DNA of 64,000 nucleotides. It comes from a virus. Taxonomy: Duplodnaviria > Caudoviricetes. Below the pieces are notes generated by a model that was not told the DNA's origin, did no database searches, and saw nothing but the letters and a program-made list of their open reading frames with translations. Below, one piece after another: positions 37,158 to 45,799 of this stretch (the first letter of the stretch is position 1; every line of letters begins with the position of its first letter). Where the stretch lies: the IMG/VR virus record IMGVR_UViG_3300031414_000005; one strand, written 5' to 3'. A program made the translations under genes and the position numbers.

Positions 37158-37182
37158 CCAGTGTTTTATTTTTTGGTGACGT

Positions 37183-37560
37183 ATGACAAAGACAATTACC
37201 CGTGACGAGTTCTCCGTGTTGTACACGCCGGATTTCGGCCCAGAACAAACCCGCTTCTTCGAACGCCTGCAACCCAACGAACTCAACGTGGGTATGAAAG
37301 TGGTTATCCTGTTCTATGAGCAGCCGGATGGGTCATCGAAGTATGAGTTCTGGCGGGCCAAGCGAGTGGCCACATTCAGTAAACGCAGCACTGATAACTT
37401 CGAGACGTTCCTCCCGGCTTTCCTCGGTACTCATCACCCTCGTGGGGCCAGTCATGGTTTGTATGCCATGATTGTTGCGGTGGCGAAGGATACCCAACAA
37501 ATCCACATCACCGGCGTCAAAGACAGCTGGCAGTTTAATTTCCCAGTGACAGGTTTGTAG
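37183..37560 (+). CDS. Hypothetical protein
   Basis: 125-aa ORF. Confidence 0.7.
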   Translation: MTKTITRDEFSVLYTPDFGPEQTRFFERLQPNELNVGMKVVILFYEQPDGSSKYEFWRAKRVATFSKRSTDNFETFLPAFLGTHHPRGASHGLYAMIVAVAKDTQQIHITGVKDSWQFNFPVTGL

Positions 37561-37614
37561 TACCAAACATAACTCCATAATCTCATGTTATTCACAAATG
37601 AGGCGAACAGGCAA

Positions 37615-37929
37615 ATGAAAGCATTAAAACTGAAGTTTGATGGGAAAGGTGAAGTGTCGATGAACCTGGGGGGTTGCTGGGTGAACCAATTTGAAACCGA
37701 CGTGGCCATCATGAGCGGAGACAAAGTCGCGGCACAGAGCATCCATAACCTGCTGAACAAGCACGTGGAGTTTGTCCCCTACGAGAACATGGGGTCACGC
37801 GAAGCGGATTATTACCAGGCCACTCAACAACTTAACGCGGCACTGATGACCACTAACAAACACGACTTAACGGCGGTACAAGCCATGGTCAATAACTGCC
37901 CGTATCTGGAACTGGTGGTCGTGAATTAA
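37615..37929 (+). CDS. Hypothetical protein
   Basis: ORF; ATG 37615 after GAGGCG (alternative start 37585). Confidence 0.7.
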   Translation: MKALKLKFDGKGEVSMNLGGCWVNQFETDVAIMSGDKVAAQSIHNLLNKHVEFVPYENMGSREADYYQATQQLNAALMTTNKHDLTAVQAMVNNCPYLELVVVN

Positions 37930-38007
37930 TGTAAGCGCCGGTGGGTTGACTCTATCTGATTGTATGAATTAACCCACCACTTTTCTAACTGAATAGGACG
38001 TAATGTA

Positions 38008-38181
38008 ATGAGCAACAAACCTGCTGATAATCTGGACGGTGAAATGAATTTCGATTCACTGGACGAACTGAACTTCGAAGCGGCTGCCGAGCGCAACGAC
38101 GCAAAGATTGATGAACTGGATGCAGAAGCTGCGGCTATCCCGGTCGACAACGGTTGTGGAGCCGGCGGTTGCATTATCTAA
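38008..38181 (+). CDS. 57-aa acidic protein with an NrdA-like C-terminal CxxxxC tail (not in the ORF track)
   Basis: AGGA RBS; MSNKPADNLDGEMNFDSLDELNFEAAAERNDAKIDELDAEAAAIPVDNGCGAGGCII*; fills the gap between genes. Confidence 0.75.
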   Translation: MSNKPADNLDGEMNFDSLDELNFEAAAERNDAKIDELDAEAAAIPVDNGCGAGGCII

Positions 38182-38198
38182 TTTCCAAAGGGTAGAAC

Positions 38199-38591
38199 AT
38201 GACCGAGCTCACAACTGACGAGCATTTCACACAGTTATACACCGATGCAGAAGTGTTGTTAGCCGCTAAAGCTGCGCACTGTGCGGTGCAGGCCATCAAC
38301 GAAGCATTTGGGTTATACAAGCTCCCCCAGTGGATGCTGTGTAACGATTGGTATAAGGCCTCGTTTACCCGCAATGTGGAAGCTTACCTGTACCACGCGT
38401 ATCCGGTACGTAAAGTGCATGCGCATTGGGTCAGGCGGATGGAAAGTCAGGGATGGGTAGTTGGTGAAACTCGTTGCCGTGAGCAGAAGACCCACCCGAT
38501 GTTAGTTTCTTTTAATGATTTACCGATAGAAGAAAAACTTAAACTGAAACAGATGCGGGCGGTGGTCATGGCGTTCCGTAAAACGAACTGA
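38199..38591 (+). CDS. RyR (ryanodine-receptor repeat) domain protein
   Basis: H..W.......GWVVGE.R....KTHP.LV.F.DLP..EK matches the RyR domain pattern. Confidence 0.8.
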   Translation: MTELTTDEHFTQLYTDAEVLLAAKAAHCAVQAINEAFGLYKLPQWMLCNDWYKASFTRNVEAYLYHAYPVRKVHAHWVRRMESQGWVVGETRCREQKTHPMLVSFNDLPIEEKLKLKQMRAVVMAFRKTN

Positions 38592-38632
38592 CCCAAGCGG
38601 GGGTTGTGCCCCCGCCTACCGAGGACTTTGCC

Positions 38633-39151
38633 ATGTTAAAAGTATTTGCAGGTGCACGTCAGAGTGGGCGCACAACCCAGTTGATTGACCACACCATAAA
38701 GTATCTGCGAGACAGTCGCAAAGTGTCACTGATGTTTAGCAGTGAAGCCGAAGCGCACGATTTCTGTCGCATGTTGTTGATCACCTTGCTGGGTAAGCCG
38801 GTAGGGCACGATGTCCAAACTCAACATGTGGTAAAATTGCTGGAAAGCCTGGGTTATCAGGTTAATGTATTTTTGTTGTACAGCTTGCGTAATGTGTTAC
38901 GGAACAGTGCTCGCGACGAATTGGTCGTTTATGACGGCTGGCGTTGTTTGGGTGACGGGGAATTCAGAGAGATCGATCAATTGGCGAAAAGCCGGCGTGT
39001 GCTGACCGCGATTGATTTACCCTCCTACCGCAGCCTTAGCACCACCTATCGGACCCACAGCGCAGTGACGCTGCTTGCCCTAGAGGGGAAATATGATGAT
39101 TCAAGTAATGGCCCTGTACCGGCCGTGGATATCCCCCACGCTCATCAATAA
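38633..39151 (+). CDS. P-loop-like hypothetical protein
   Basis: N-terminal GARQSGRTT and a later hhhhD (LVVYD); GAGGA RBS. Confidence 0.65.
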   Translation: MLKVFAGARQSGRTTQLIDHTIKYLRDSRKVSLMFSSEAEAHDFCRMLLITLLGKPVGHDVQTQHVVKLLESLGYQVNVFLLYSLRNVLRNSARDELVVYDGWRCLGDGEFREIDQLAKSRRVLTAIDLPSYRSLSTTYRTHSAVTLLALEGKYDDSSNGPVPAVDIPHAHQ

Positions 39152-39500
39152 ACTGCGTGCGGCATACGGGTCGAAATTCTATGATCTGACTGAGGTTGAG
39201 AACCCTGAACAATTCCGTGTGTGTTTGCGTTCAGCCTCGATCTCAGCAAAGGCGATCTTGACGGTGAACACCGCGTTGACTCGCCGGATCATGAAAGAAG
39301 AGGGGTTCGAGTACTTACTGGTGTACCCTTTCATAAACACCGAGTTTGAGAAAGTGCCGTCCAAAGACAGCTACATGACCCGTCAGGTTTATGACTGTCG
39401 TAATGAAGCGGGGGCATACCACCAGGAGATTCGCAACCGTAACCATATGGTCATCGAGTATGATCACCATCAAGGTTGGGTTGTGGAGGAGGTTGCATGA
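39093..39500 (+). CDS. Hypothetical protein
   Basis: 135 aa, GAGGGG RBS. Confidence 0.7.
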   Translation: MMIQVMALYRPWISPTLINKLRAAYGSKFYDLTEVENPEQFRVCLRSASISAKAILTVNTALTRRIMKEEGFEYLLVYPFINTEFEKVPSKDSYMTRQVYDCRNEAGAYHQEIRNRNHMVIEYDHHQGWVVEEVA

Positions 39501-39991
39501 CTAACTGGGAAATACTCAGTGTGATTTGCACACTGTCGATTATAGTGAATGGGGTGTTTCTACGACGTTTATGGCGTCGGCGCAGGGCTCAGGGGAATCA
39601 GGCGCAGACGGTCTATAAACTGAAACAAACCATTTCCTATAACGAGCGTCGCATAGCAGACACCACTGCGAAACTGCTGACCCTGGAGGGTGAGATCCAC
39701 CAACTCCGTGATCAGCTGCTGCGAACAAGTATCCTCACCATCGGACTAGAAACAGCCAGGAACCATGAATTGGTCCATGGCTGCCCGATCGAGGAGATCG
39801 AACTGTATCACCAGATAGTTACATGCATAATGGGAAGCCGTCAGCCATCGCTACAAAAAGAGATGCTGGCAATGTTGGACATGGACGCCACCGACCGTAT
39901 TTTCATTAGCGGTTATGGTCATTTGCTTACGACCAAAGAAGAATGTGAACAGACAGAACTGTGCTGTCAACCCACTTCTGCAAAAATGTAA
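39497..39991 (+). CDS. Membrane-anchored coiled-coil protein
   Basis: ATGA overlap; N-terminal TM segment, then an Arg cluster, then a heptad region. Confidence 0.7.
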   Translation: MTNWEILSVICTLSIIVNGVFLRRLWRRRRAQGNQAQTVYKLKQTISYNERRIADTTAKLLTLEGEIHQLRDQLLRTSILTIGLETARNHELVHGCPIEEIELYHQIVTCIMGSRQPSLQKEMLAMLDMDATDRIFISGYGHLLTTKEECEQTELCCQPTSAKM

Positions 39992-40012
39992 CTTTCTAAT
40001 TAAAGGCTTACC

Positions 40013-40510
40013 ATGAGAAACATTTTACAGCGATTCAAACTTTGCAAACTTAATGGGGTTAAAGTTGTGAACAAGTCTTCTATGTTTACAACCATTGACG
40101 TAAAACTTAATATCCCTCATCGTCGCAGTCAACGTGTGGCGGTGAAAGTCAACATGGAAATTGAAGAGTGCCGTAACTGGTGGAACCCCCATGCGTTCTA
40201 CCGGGTGAATGTTAACACCACGCTCAACAATACCAGCAAGAAAATCCTGGCGCGTTACCCGTCGCTGCGAACCTTCCGTTCGTTCGACATCCAGGAACAA
40301 CATGTGCTGGGTCAGCGGATGAATGAGCATGAGATCCATGTTCTTGCCGATAAAATGGCAGCACGCTTTGTTTCCCATCTGGAGCGTCTGATGTTCAACA
40401 AAGCGGCACTTCCTTACGGTGACGGTACCGGACGGATTGATGGCTGTACGGCGGCGGGTGAACTACCACTGCCAAAACGTGTTACAGTCGCTGCGGCTCA
40501 CGCGGCATAA
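40013..40510 (+). CDS. Hypothetical protein
   Basis: 165-aa basic ORF. Confidence 0.7.
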   Translation: MRNILQRFKLCKLNGVKVVNKSSMFTTIDVKLNIPHRRSQRVAVKVNMEIEECRNWWNPHAFYRVNVNTTLNNTSKKILARYPSLRTFRSFDIQEQHVLGQRMNEHEIHVLADKMAARFVSHLERLMFNKAALPYGDGTGRIDGCTAAGELPLPKRVTVAAAHAA

Positions 40511-40514
40511 TCCT

Positions 40515-40539
40515 GAGGCTCCCGCAAGGGGGCCTCTTT
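40515..40539 (+). terminator. Intrinsic terminator (+ strand)
   Basis: GAGGCTCCC-GCAA-GGGGGCCTC followed by TTT. Confidence 0.75.
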
Positions 40540-40561
40540 GAGGCAGTGTTTTTTTTTGCTT

Positions 40562-40587
40562 AAAAGAGGAGGCCCAAAGGCCCCCTC
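40562..40587 (-). terminator. Intrinsic terminator (- strand)
   Basis: Hairpin GAGGAGGCC/GGCCCCCTC with AAAA on its left, after the vRNAP gene. Confidence 0.6.
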
Positions 40588-40591
40588 AGGA

Positions 40592-41890
40592 TTAATAGAA
40601 CACGCTGTCCAGTTTGTACTCCCGCACCTTCAGGGATGACACGTGCATTTTCTTCATGCGCAGCAGCATCCACTTGGTTCCCATTTTCACTACCCCGGCT
40701 GACATCCCCACCTTGTTCTGGGCGTTGTGCGCACCGGCACAATACTGACAGATATCGGTGAAACCGTGGTTGCAAAAGTCAGGACTGCGAATCATTACCC
40801 GCTGCCCAATCAAGCTGGCTTTGTTGTCAGACGTGATGAGGTGAGTCTGTTTCTTGGCGTCGAAGTAATAGCTGCTGATGAACCGGTCGATGTTGTCGTC
40901 GGTCAGGGTTTCCCAGAAGCCTACTTCGGTACCGCAGTCTTCGTCCAGGATCTGTACGTTCTGGGTGATACGGATCAACTCTTTTACAGCAGCCCCGCCT
41001 TCCGCTGTTGACTTACCACGGTCATAAGAACCATCGATCGCGGAGTTGGCCAGCGGTGGCAAGTCTTTGGGGTCCCACCCTTCCAGCAGGGAGTTCTTGA
41101 CCACCCGGCCTTCACCGGCACTGTTGAAGTCGGGTTCCAGGCCAAAGGAGATAAACATCTTCTTACGGGCAGTTGAGAAGAATTTCTCAGAGATAAAGAA
41201 GTCTTCGGCCACATCCCCTTTGAAGTCGGCTTTGTCCATCGCCACCAATTCATCCTGGATCTTGGCCATGGTCACCGGGTCGTTGAGCTGCTCTTTGTGT
41301 TCCTCAAACAACTCGTCGCGGCGTTTGATGATCGCCGGGTTGATCGTCAACGCTTTACGTGATGTCGTGGGTACACAGAGCGCCGTTAAGCCACCCAGGA
41401 AGTACCCGTTCTTCACTGACTGCAACATCTCAGTGGGTGTAAAGAAACCTTTCTCCGTGCGTCTGGCGTCGTCATCCGTGGGCAGACATCCTTTCTTGTA
41501 TACTCCTTTCAGTAACCCACCGCTGAAGGTCTGGTTGTAAAACCCAATCCGACCTTTAAACGGATCAATGAAGGACAGGTAGTTCCAGATCACAATCCCG
41601 ACATGGGTGTCAATCGGGCTGAGTACCGTGATAACGTCATCCGGGGTAACATGGATCGGGTCTTTGAATCGGAGTAATGGCTGGTCGGTGGACGTACCCT
41701 CAGCCACACGTACCGCCAACCCGTCTTCCAGGTAAAAGAACCCGTCCTTATCTTTGCGCAACAGATAGGGAATGTCCTCAGTGACGCCGGTGCTTTCAGA
41801 GATCGAGAACACCGAGATAAACCACTCTTTGCGGGTGTATGCTTCCGCTTTCATGGCTTTCAGGAAATACTGCTGTGCTGTTAACATCAC
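40592..41890 (-). CDS. rpoC: Virion RNA polymerase beta' subunit, C-terminal piece (phiKZ gp80-like)
   Basis: S..GSYDRG.STA.GG; EDCGT; RSP.FC...C.YC; C-terminal MK.MH. Confidence 0.85.
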   Translation of the reverse strand: MMLTAQQYFLKAMKAEAYTRKEWFISVFSISESTGVTEDIPYLLRKDKDGFFYLEDGLAVRVAEGTSTDQPLLRFKDPIHVTPDDVITVLSPIDTHVGIVIWNYLSFIDPFKGRIGFYNQTFSGGLLKGVYKKGCLPTDDDARRTEKGFFTPTEMLQSVKNGYFLGGLTALCVPTTSRKALTINPAIIKRRDELFEEHKEQLNDPVTMAKIQDELVAMDKADFKGDVAEDFFISEKFFSTARKKMFISFGLEPDFNSAGEGRVVKNSLLEGWDPKDLPPLANSAIDGSYDRGKSTAEGGAAVKELIRITQNVQILDEDCGTEVGFWETLTDDNIDRFISSYYFDAKKQTHLITSDNKASLIGQRVMIRSPDFCNHGFTDICQYCAGAHNAQNKVGMSAGVVKMGTKWMLLRMKKMHVSSLKVREYKLDSVFY

Positions 41891-42726
41891 ACGACCTCGA
41901 ATTTAATGTGCTCAACATGGCCGAGCAGATGACGTTGATCGGCCAGCTCCTGATACTGCTCATCGATCAGACCGATCAGGGTGGGGGTCACTTTGTCATT
42001 GGGGATATTGGAAATCAACACCAATCCTTTCATGCTCTCGTACCACAGGTTTTGGTCCTCCTCAGCCTGTTTACGCAGTTCTACCTGGTTGACCTTTAAC
42101 AGCGATTCCAGATCCACCCCGAGTTCACCCTGGGCCATCAGGTAACGCATCCCAAGCGATGTTTCCATGTTGGGTTCCAGGTTTAGCCGTAACCGACTCA
42201 CGATATACTGGTTCAGCGCCGCCGGCTCTTCCGGGGTAAACAAACCCTGCTGAATACCGGACAGGAACAACGGATTCACCCAGTTGATTTTATCAATCAG
42301 GTCATCGTGTTGTTTGCAGGTAATGACATCGACCAACGCCACCACTTTCTCAGCATCCGTGAGTTCGTCATCACTGAAGATCGCGGCTAAGTCACCCGGG
42401 TCTTCCACCCCGACTGTCATGAGCATGGTGTTCAGGACATCGTTCAGTGTTGACAGATCAGCAATGGTCACTTCGTTCTTGTCTAGGATCACGCCGGCTT
42501 GGGTGATGTAACTACACAGGTATTCCAGGTACAAGTTATTCAGGTCATTGAGGAACGCCTGGGTGTTTCCTTCTTCTGTCATTGACACCAGGGCGTTGAT
42601 ATCGGAAACGAAATTACTGTCGGGATCAACCAGTAAAATGTTGTCGCCAATCTCCATGTAAAGCTGTCTCAGCTCTTCCTGGATAAAACCCTGTAGGTAG
42701 GTATATAAAAATGATAACGTCTCCAT
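41887..42726 (-). CDS. Conserved hypothetical (probably virion) protein
   Basis: 279 aa, GAGG RBS; translationally coupled to the vRNAP gene. Confidence 0.7.
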   Translation of the reverse strand: METLSFLYTYLQGFIQEELRQLYMEIGDNILLVDPDSNFVSDINALVSMTEEGNTQAFLNDLNNLYLEYLCSYITQAGVILDKNEVTIADLSTLNDVLNTMLMTVGVEDPGDLAAIFSDDELTDAEKVVALVDVITCKQHDDLIDKINWVNPLFLSGIQQGLFTPEEPAALNQYIVSRLRLNLEPNMETSLGMRYLMAQGELGVDLESLLKVNQVELRKQAEEDQNLWYESMKGLVLISNIPNDKVTPTLIGLIDEQYQELADQRHLLGHVEHIKFEVV

Positions 42727-42816
42727 AGAGGCCTCTGTTCCTGTTTTTTACGACATATGTGTATTAACTATATGAGATGATAATTAGTTACGATTTATAT
42801 TTGAAGGATTCCCACC

Positions 42817-43242
42817 ATGCCTGCCAATGCCAAAACCCGAAAGAAAAAACCGGCGACGCCTGTGCGCCATGAAATCCCGCGCACTGAATGTTGGGAATAC
42901 CTCGACGACCAGCGTGACACCCTTTTACAAACCGTGGTCAGCTACCGTGAACTGTTGCGGACCGCGATCAGTAAGCAAGTGCAAGAGCACCTGCCGGAAG
43001 CAGACCGCGCTGAAAGCATGCGTTTGATCGGCGAAGCAGTGCCGCGACTGGAGGCGGTTGTCAACACGACAAATCATCTCTACTCACAACATCAGGGTAA
43101 AACCGGTGATGCGCTGCGCACCAGCCAGATCGAATTCCTTCAGTTCAGCGAAAACTACATGGTGGTGAACCATGAAGTGATCGACATCAACATCGAACTT
43201 ATTGGTCCATTAAAAGAGATCATGGATCGCAGTTTCCAATAG
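42817..43242 (+). CDS. Hypothetical helical protein
   Basis: 141 aa, GAAGGA RBS. Confidence 0.75.
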   Translation: MPANAKTRKKKPATPVRHEIPRTECWEYLDDQRDTLLQTVVSYRELLRTAISKQVQEHLPEADRAESMRLIGEAVPRLEAVVNTTNHLYSQHQGKTGDALRTSQIEFLQFSENYMVVNHEVIDINIELIGPLKEIMDRSFQ

Positions 43243-43252
43243 GAGTCCAGTA

Positions 43253-44962
43253 ATGGATAAGAAGCAAGACTTACCTTCCAATGACCTGACCCAAGGTTTA
43301 GATGTTCCGCAGACGGCCGACGACGATTCCAACTGGGGGGCAGAACCCATTGAGAGTCAGACCCCGACCGTCACCGAACCTATCCCCGCTGAAGTCGCGA
43401 AACCACCGGCAGCGAAAACACCCGACGCTGACGAAGGGGACGGTGAGGACGATCAACCCAGCATCGAGATCACTCTGCTGGAAAACCTCAGCGATGAATC
43501 AAAGAATGTCCAAGTTTTCCTGGACACAAAATTTGATAAAAGCTGGCAGGATTTTGTCTGGATGCTGGCCCCGTATAAGCAGGATGACATTGTCGCCTTG
43601 CTGGGTCGCCTGAATCCTGAGGTGGAAACCTACGACGAAGCTTTCTTCAACAAGATCTTCGCGAACCGCACCCAGGAAGAGATCACCAACTTCTTCTTGA
43701 ACATGGCGCAGGCAATCAATTTCGTGTATCCGGGTAAAGGCCTGGAGGGCCTGGTTGCTGATCCTGAGGCGGCCTTCGCCAACGGGGTGGTATATAAAGG
43801 CAAGATAAAAGAACCGTCTGCTGCCGGTACCCTGTTTGACGAAACGAAAGACGAGAACAAACCGGGGGCGTATCTGTCTGCCCTGGCGGCGGTGGCGCGT
43901 TATCGTCAGCTGACCGAGAAAGGTGAGTTTCAGGATATCTGGCTTCCCCTGACCGGTTGTCAAATCCGTATGTCCATTGCAGGTGATGACGAACACATCA
44001 CGCTGAACGAAACGATCTCCAAAGAGATTGCCACGATCGGCCGTCGTACCACCGGTGCGGTGTTCTCGAACACCAATATCCTGGTTGAACGTGCGTGTGT
44101 GGATTTCATCCTGAGCCGGGTTACCCGTACGTCGCTGTCGTGCGGGCCGAATAAAGATAAGCTCAAAGAGCTGATCGCGGCACCGGACATTGACTTCTTG
44201 CTGACCAAGTACGCGGCTGGCCGGTTCTCGCGCGGTTACCCACTGCGGGTGATCTGTAACGCCAGTGATGCTTGCCATCATGAAGAAGAGCACGCGGTTG
44301 ACCTGAACAAGTTCATCTGGGTGGCTAACGGTCGCTTAACGGAAACACAGCGTGCCATGGCGTTCCGTAAACCGTCAGAGATCAAAGATGGCGATGTGAC
44401 GTACTACCAGAAAGAACACCGCTGGCACCAGTACAAACAAGTCACACTGTCCACGGGCTTGATCATCCACCTCAAAGTTCCAACCTATACCGAGAAAGAA
44501 AAAGGCGGTATCGAGTGGATCGAGAAGCTGGAGAACATGGCCCAGATGGCGCTGGACAACAGCTACAATGCCAAACAGCGTGAAGACTTCATCAAACGCC
44601 AGGCCGCTGCCACGTCACTGTATCAGTACCTGCCGTGGATCGAGAAGCTGGAAATCCCATCCGGTGCCGAAGGTTCAGAAGGCTATTACGTGGAAGGCGA
44701 TGCGATGCGTCAGACCCTGGTGGAGCTTAACCAGGAACCCGTGGAACGTAATGAACTGTTTGACAAAATCAACGAGTTCATCAACAACGCCCTGGTGGGG
44801 GTCATCGGTTATCCACGTTGGGCCTGTGGCGAGTGCAAAGGTTTGCAGCCTGAGCGCAGTGAAGTGATCCCGGCGATTTGGCCGATCAATGCGCTTCACA
44901 CTTTTTTTACCCTGATTACCAATGGGATCCGAAGGAATCTGCGGGACGCCGACATCTACTGA
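43253..44962 (+). CDS. Conserved phiKZ-like protein; C-terminal half resembles T4 gp26/tail-assembly-chaperone-like hub proteins
   Basis: Acidic disordered N-terminus; L..Y..G.PL...C....C.H, LKVPT and IGYP...C..C motifs. Confidence 0.55.
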   Translation: MDKKQDLPSNDLTQGLDVPQTADDDSNWGAEPIESQTPTVTEPIPAEVAKPPAAKTPDADEGDGEDDQPSIEITLLENLSDESKNVQVFLDTKFDKSWQDFVWMLAPYKQDDIVALLGRLNPEVETYDEAFFNKIFANRTQEEITNFFLNMAQAINFVYPGKGLEGLVADPEAAFANGVVYKGKIKEPSAAGTLFDETKDENKPGAYLSALAAVARYRQLTEKGEFQDIWLPLTGCQIRMSIAGDDEHITLNETISKEIATIGRRTTGAVFSNTNILVERACVDFILSRVTRTSLSCGPNKDKLKELIAAPDIDFLLTKYAAGRFSRGYPLRVICNASDACHHEEEHAVDLNKFIWVANGRLTETQRAMAFRKPSEIKDGDVTYYQKEHRWHQYKQVTLSTGLIIHLKVPTYTEKEKGGIEWIEKLENMAQMALDNSYNAKQREDFIKRQAAATSLYQYLPWIEKLEIPSGAEGSEGYYVEGDAMRQTLVELNQEPVERNELFDKINEFINNALVGVIGYPRWACGECKGLQPERSEVIPAIWPINALHTFFTLITNGIRRNLRDADIY

Positions 44963-45405
44963 CCCCGGGCTTCGGGACGGTAGCAGAAGACGTTAACCGC
45001 AATGCGTGGGACCGCACGCTGAACAAACGGCGTGTGTTCCATGATCCACGGGATGCGGGTGTGATCATGAGCGAGTTGTACGACGAGCTGTATCGGTTCG
45101 TCGACTATGACAGTGAAGATGCCCACATTCTGTCGTCTGTTGGTTACAACCCCGCAGAGCACACACCCAATGGATTGGGGTACAGTGACCTGGCTGCGCT
45201 TTGGGCAGAAAAGGGGATTCACAACTATGGTATCCAGTGGGAAACCTGGATCGCCATGACACCGGGTCGTCGTGCAGAGTTCATGGACGGCATCAACCGC
45301 GGGGTGCGTAACTCAGCAGCGTCACAGGCTGCTGCTAAAGCTGCCGAGGATTTACGTCGTCAGGAAGAAGCGTTACGTCGCGCCGCAGAGCAAGGTGGTA
45401 AGTGA
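44878..45405 (+). CDS. Conserved protein resembling the T4 gp51/TAC 'T' segment; possibly expressed by -1 frameshift
   Basis: YGIQWETWIAMTPGRRAEFMD; only a weak TTG start; lies in the -1 frame across T7 at 44902-44908. Confidence 0.6.
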   Translation: MADQCASHFFYPDYQWDPKESAGRRHLLTPGFGTVAEDVNRNAWDRTLNKRRVFHDPRDAGVIMSELYDELYRFVDYDSEDAHILSSVGYNPAEHTPNGLGYSDLAALWAEKGIHNYGIQWETWIAMTPGRRAEFMDGINRGVRNSAASQAAAKAAEDLRRQEEALRRAAEQGGK

Positions 45406-45413
45406 TCAGATTG

Positions 45414-45438
45414 GGAGGGTTTCGGCCCTCCTAATTTT
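45414..45438 (+). terminator. Intrinsic terminator
   Basis: GGAGGGT-TTCG-GCCCTCC followed by TAATTTT. Confidence 0.7.
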
Positions 45439-45473
45439 ATGCTCTCTTACACATCTTCTAATGGATACCTCTC

Positions 45474-45677
45474 ATGTCAGATAAACAACCCACTGTAATT
45501 TATGGCGGGAAACTGCCTCACTATTTGGCCCGTCCCGTTGAAGTGAACGGGGTGCGTTATGACGACGTCGTGGGAGCGTCGATTGCCATGGGGTCGACGA
45601 TTAAGCAGACCCTTAGCGATTTGTATTCCCATGCTATACCAGGCGTGCATTTTATTCAGAGTACGTCACCGCAGTAA
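45474..45677 (+). CDS. Small hypothetical protein
   Basis: 67-aa ORF; ATGGA RBS-like sequence. Confidence 0.6.
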   Translation: MSDKQPTVIYGGKLPHYLARPVEVNGVRYDDVVGASIAMGSTIKQTLSDLYSHAIPGVHFIQSTSPQ

Positions 45678-45799
45678 CTTTGGCTGTGTTTGCAGCCGGA
45701 TAACTCTTCAGGCCACACACAGGAACCAGTTTGATGCATCCGCATCAAAAGAGGTGATCAATACCACCTCGCACCCATAACCTGTAAGAGGATATCCTT

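Noticed and set aside
38170-38181. CaaX prenylation motif at the end of the 57-aa protein
   Set aside because: The Cys is third from the end (C-I-I), not fourth, and bacterial hosts lack protein prenylation. The NrdA-tail reading fits better.
39497-39991. i-spanin call for the TM plus coiled-coil protein
   Set aside because: No embedded or adjacent lipoprotein (o-spanin lipobox) and no endolysin or holin nearby.
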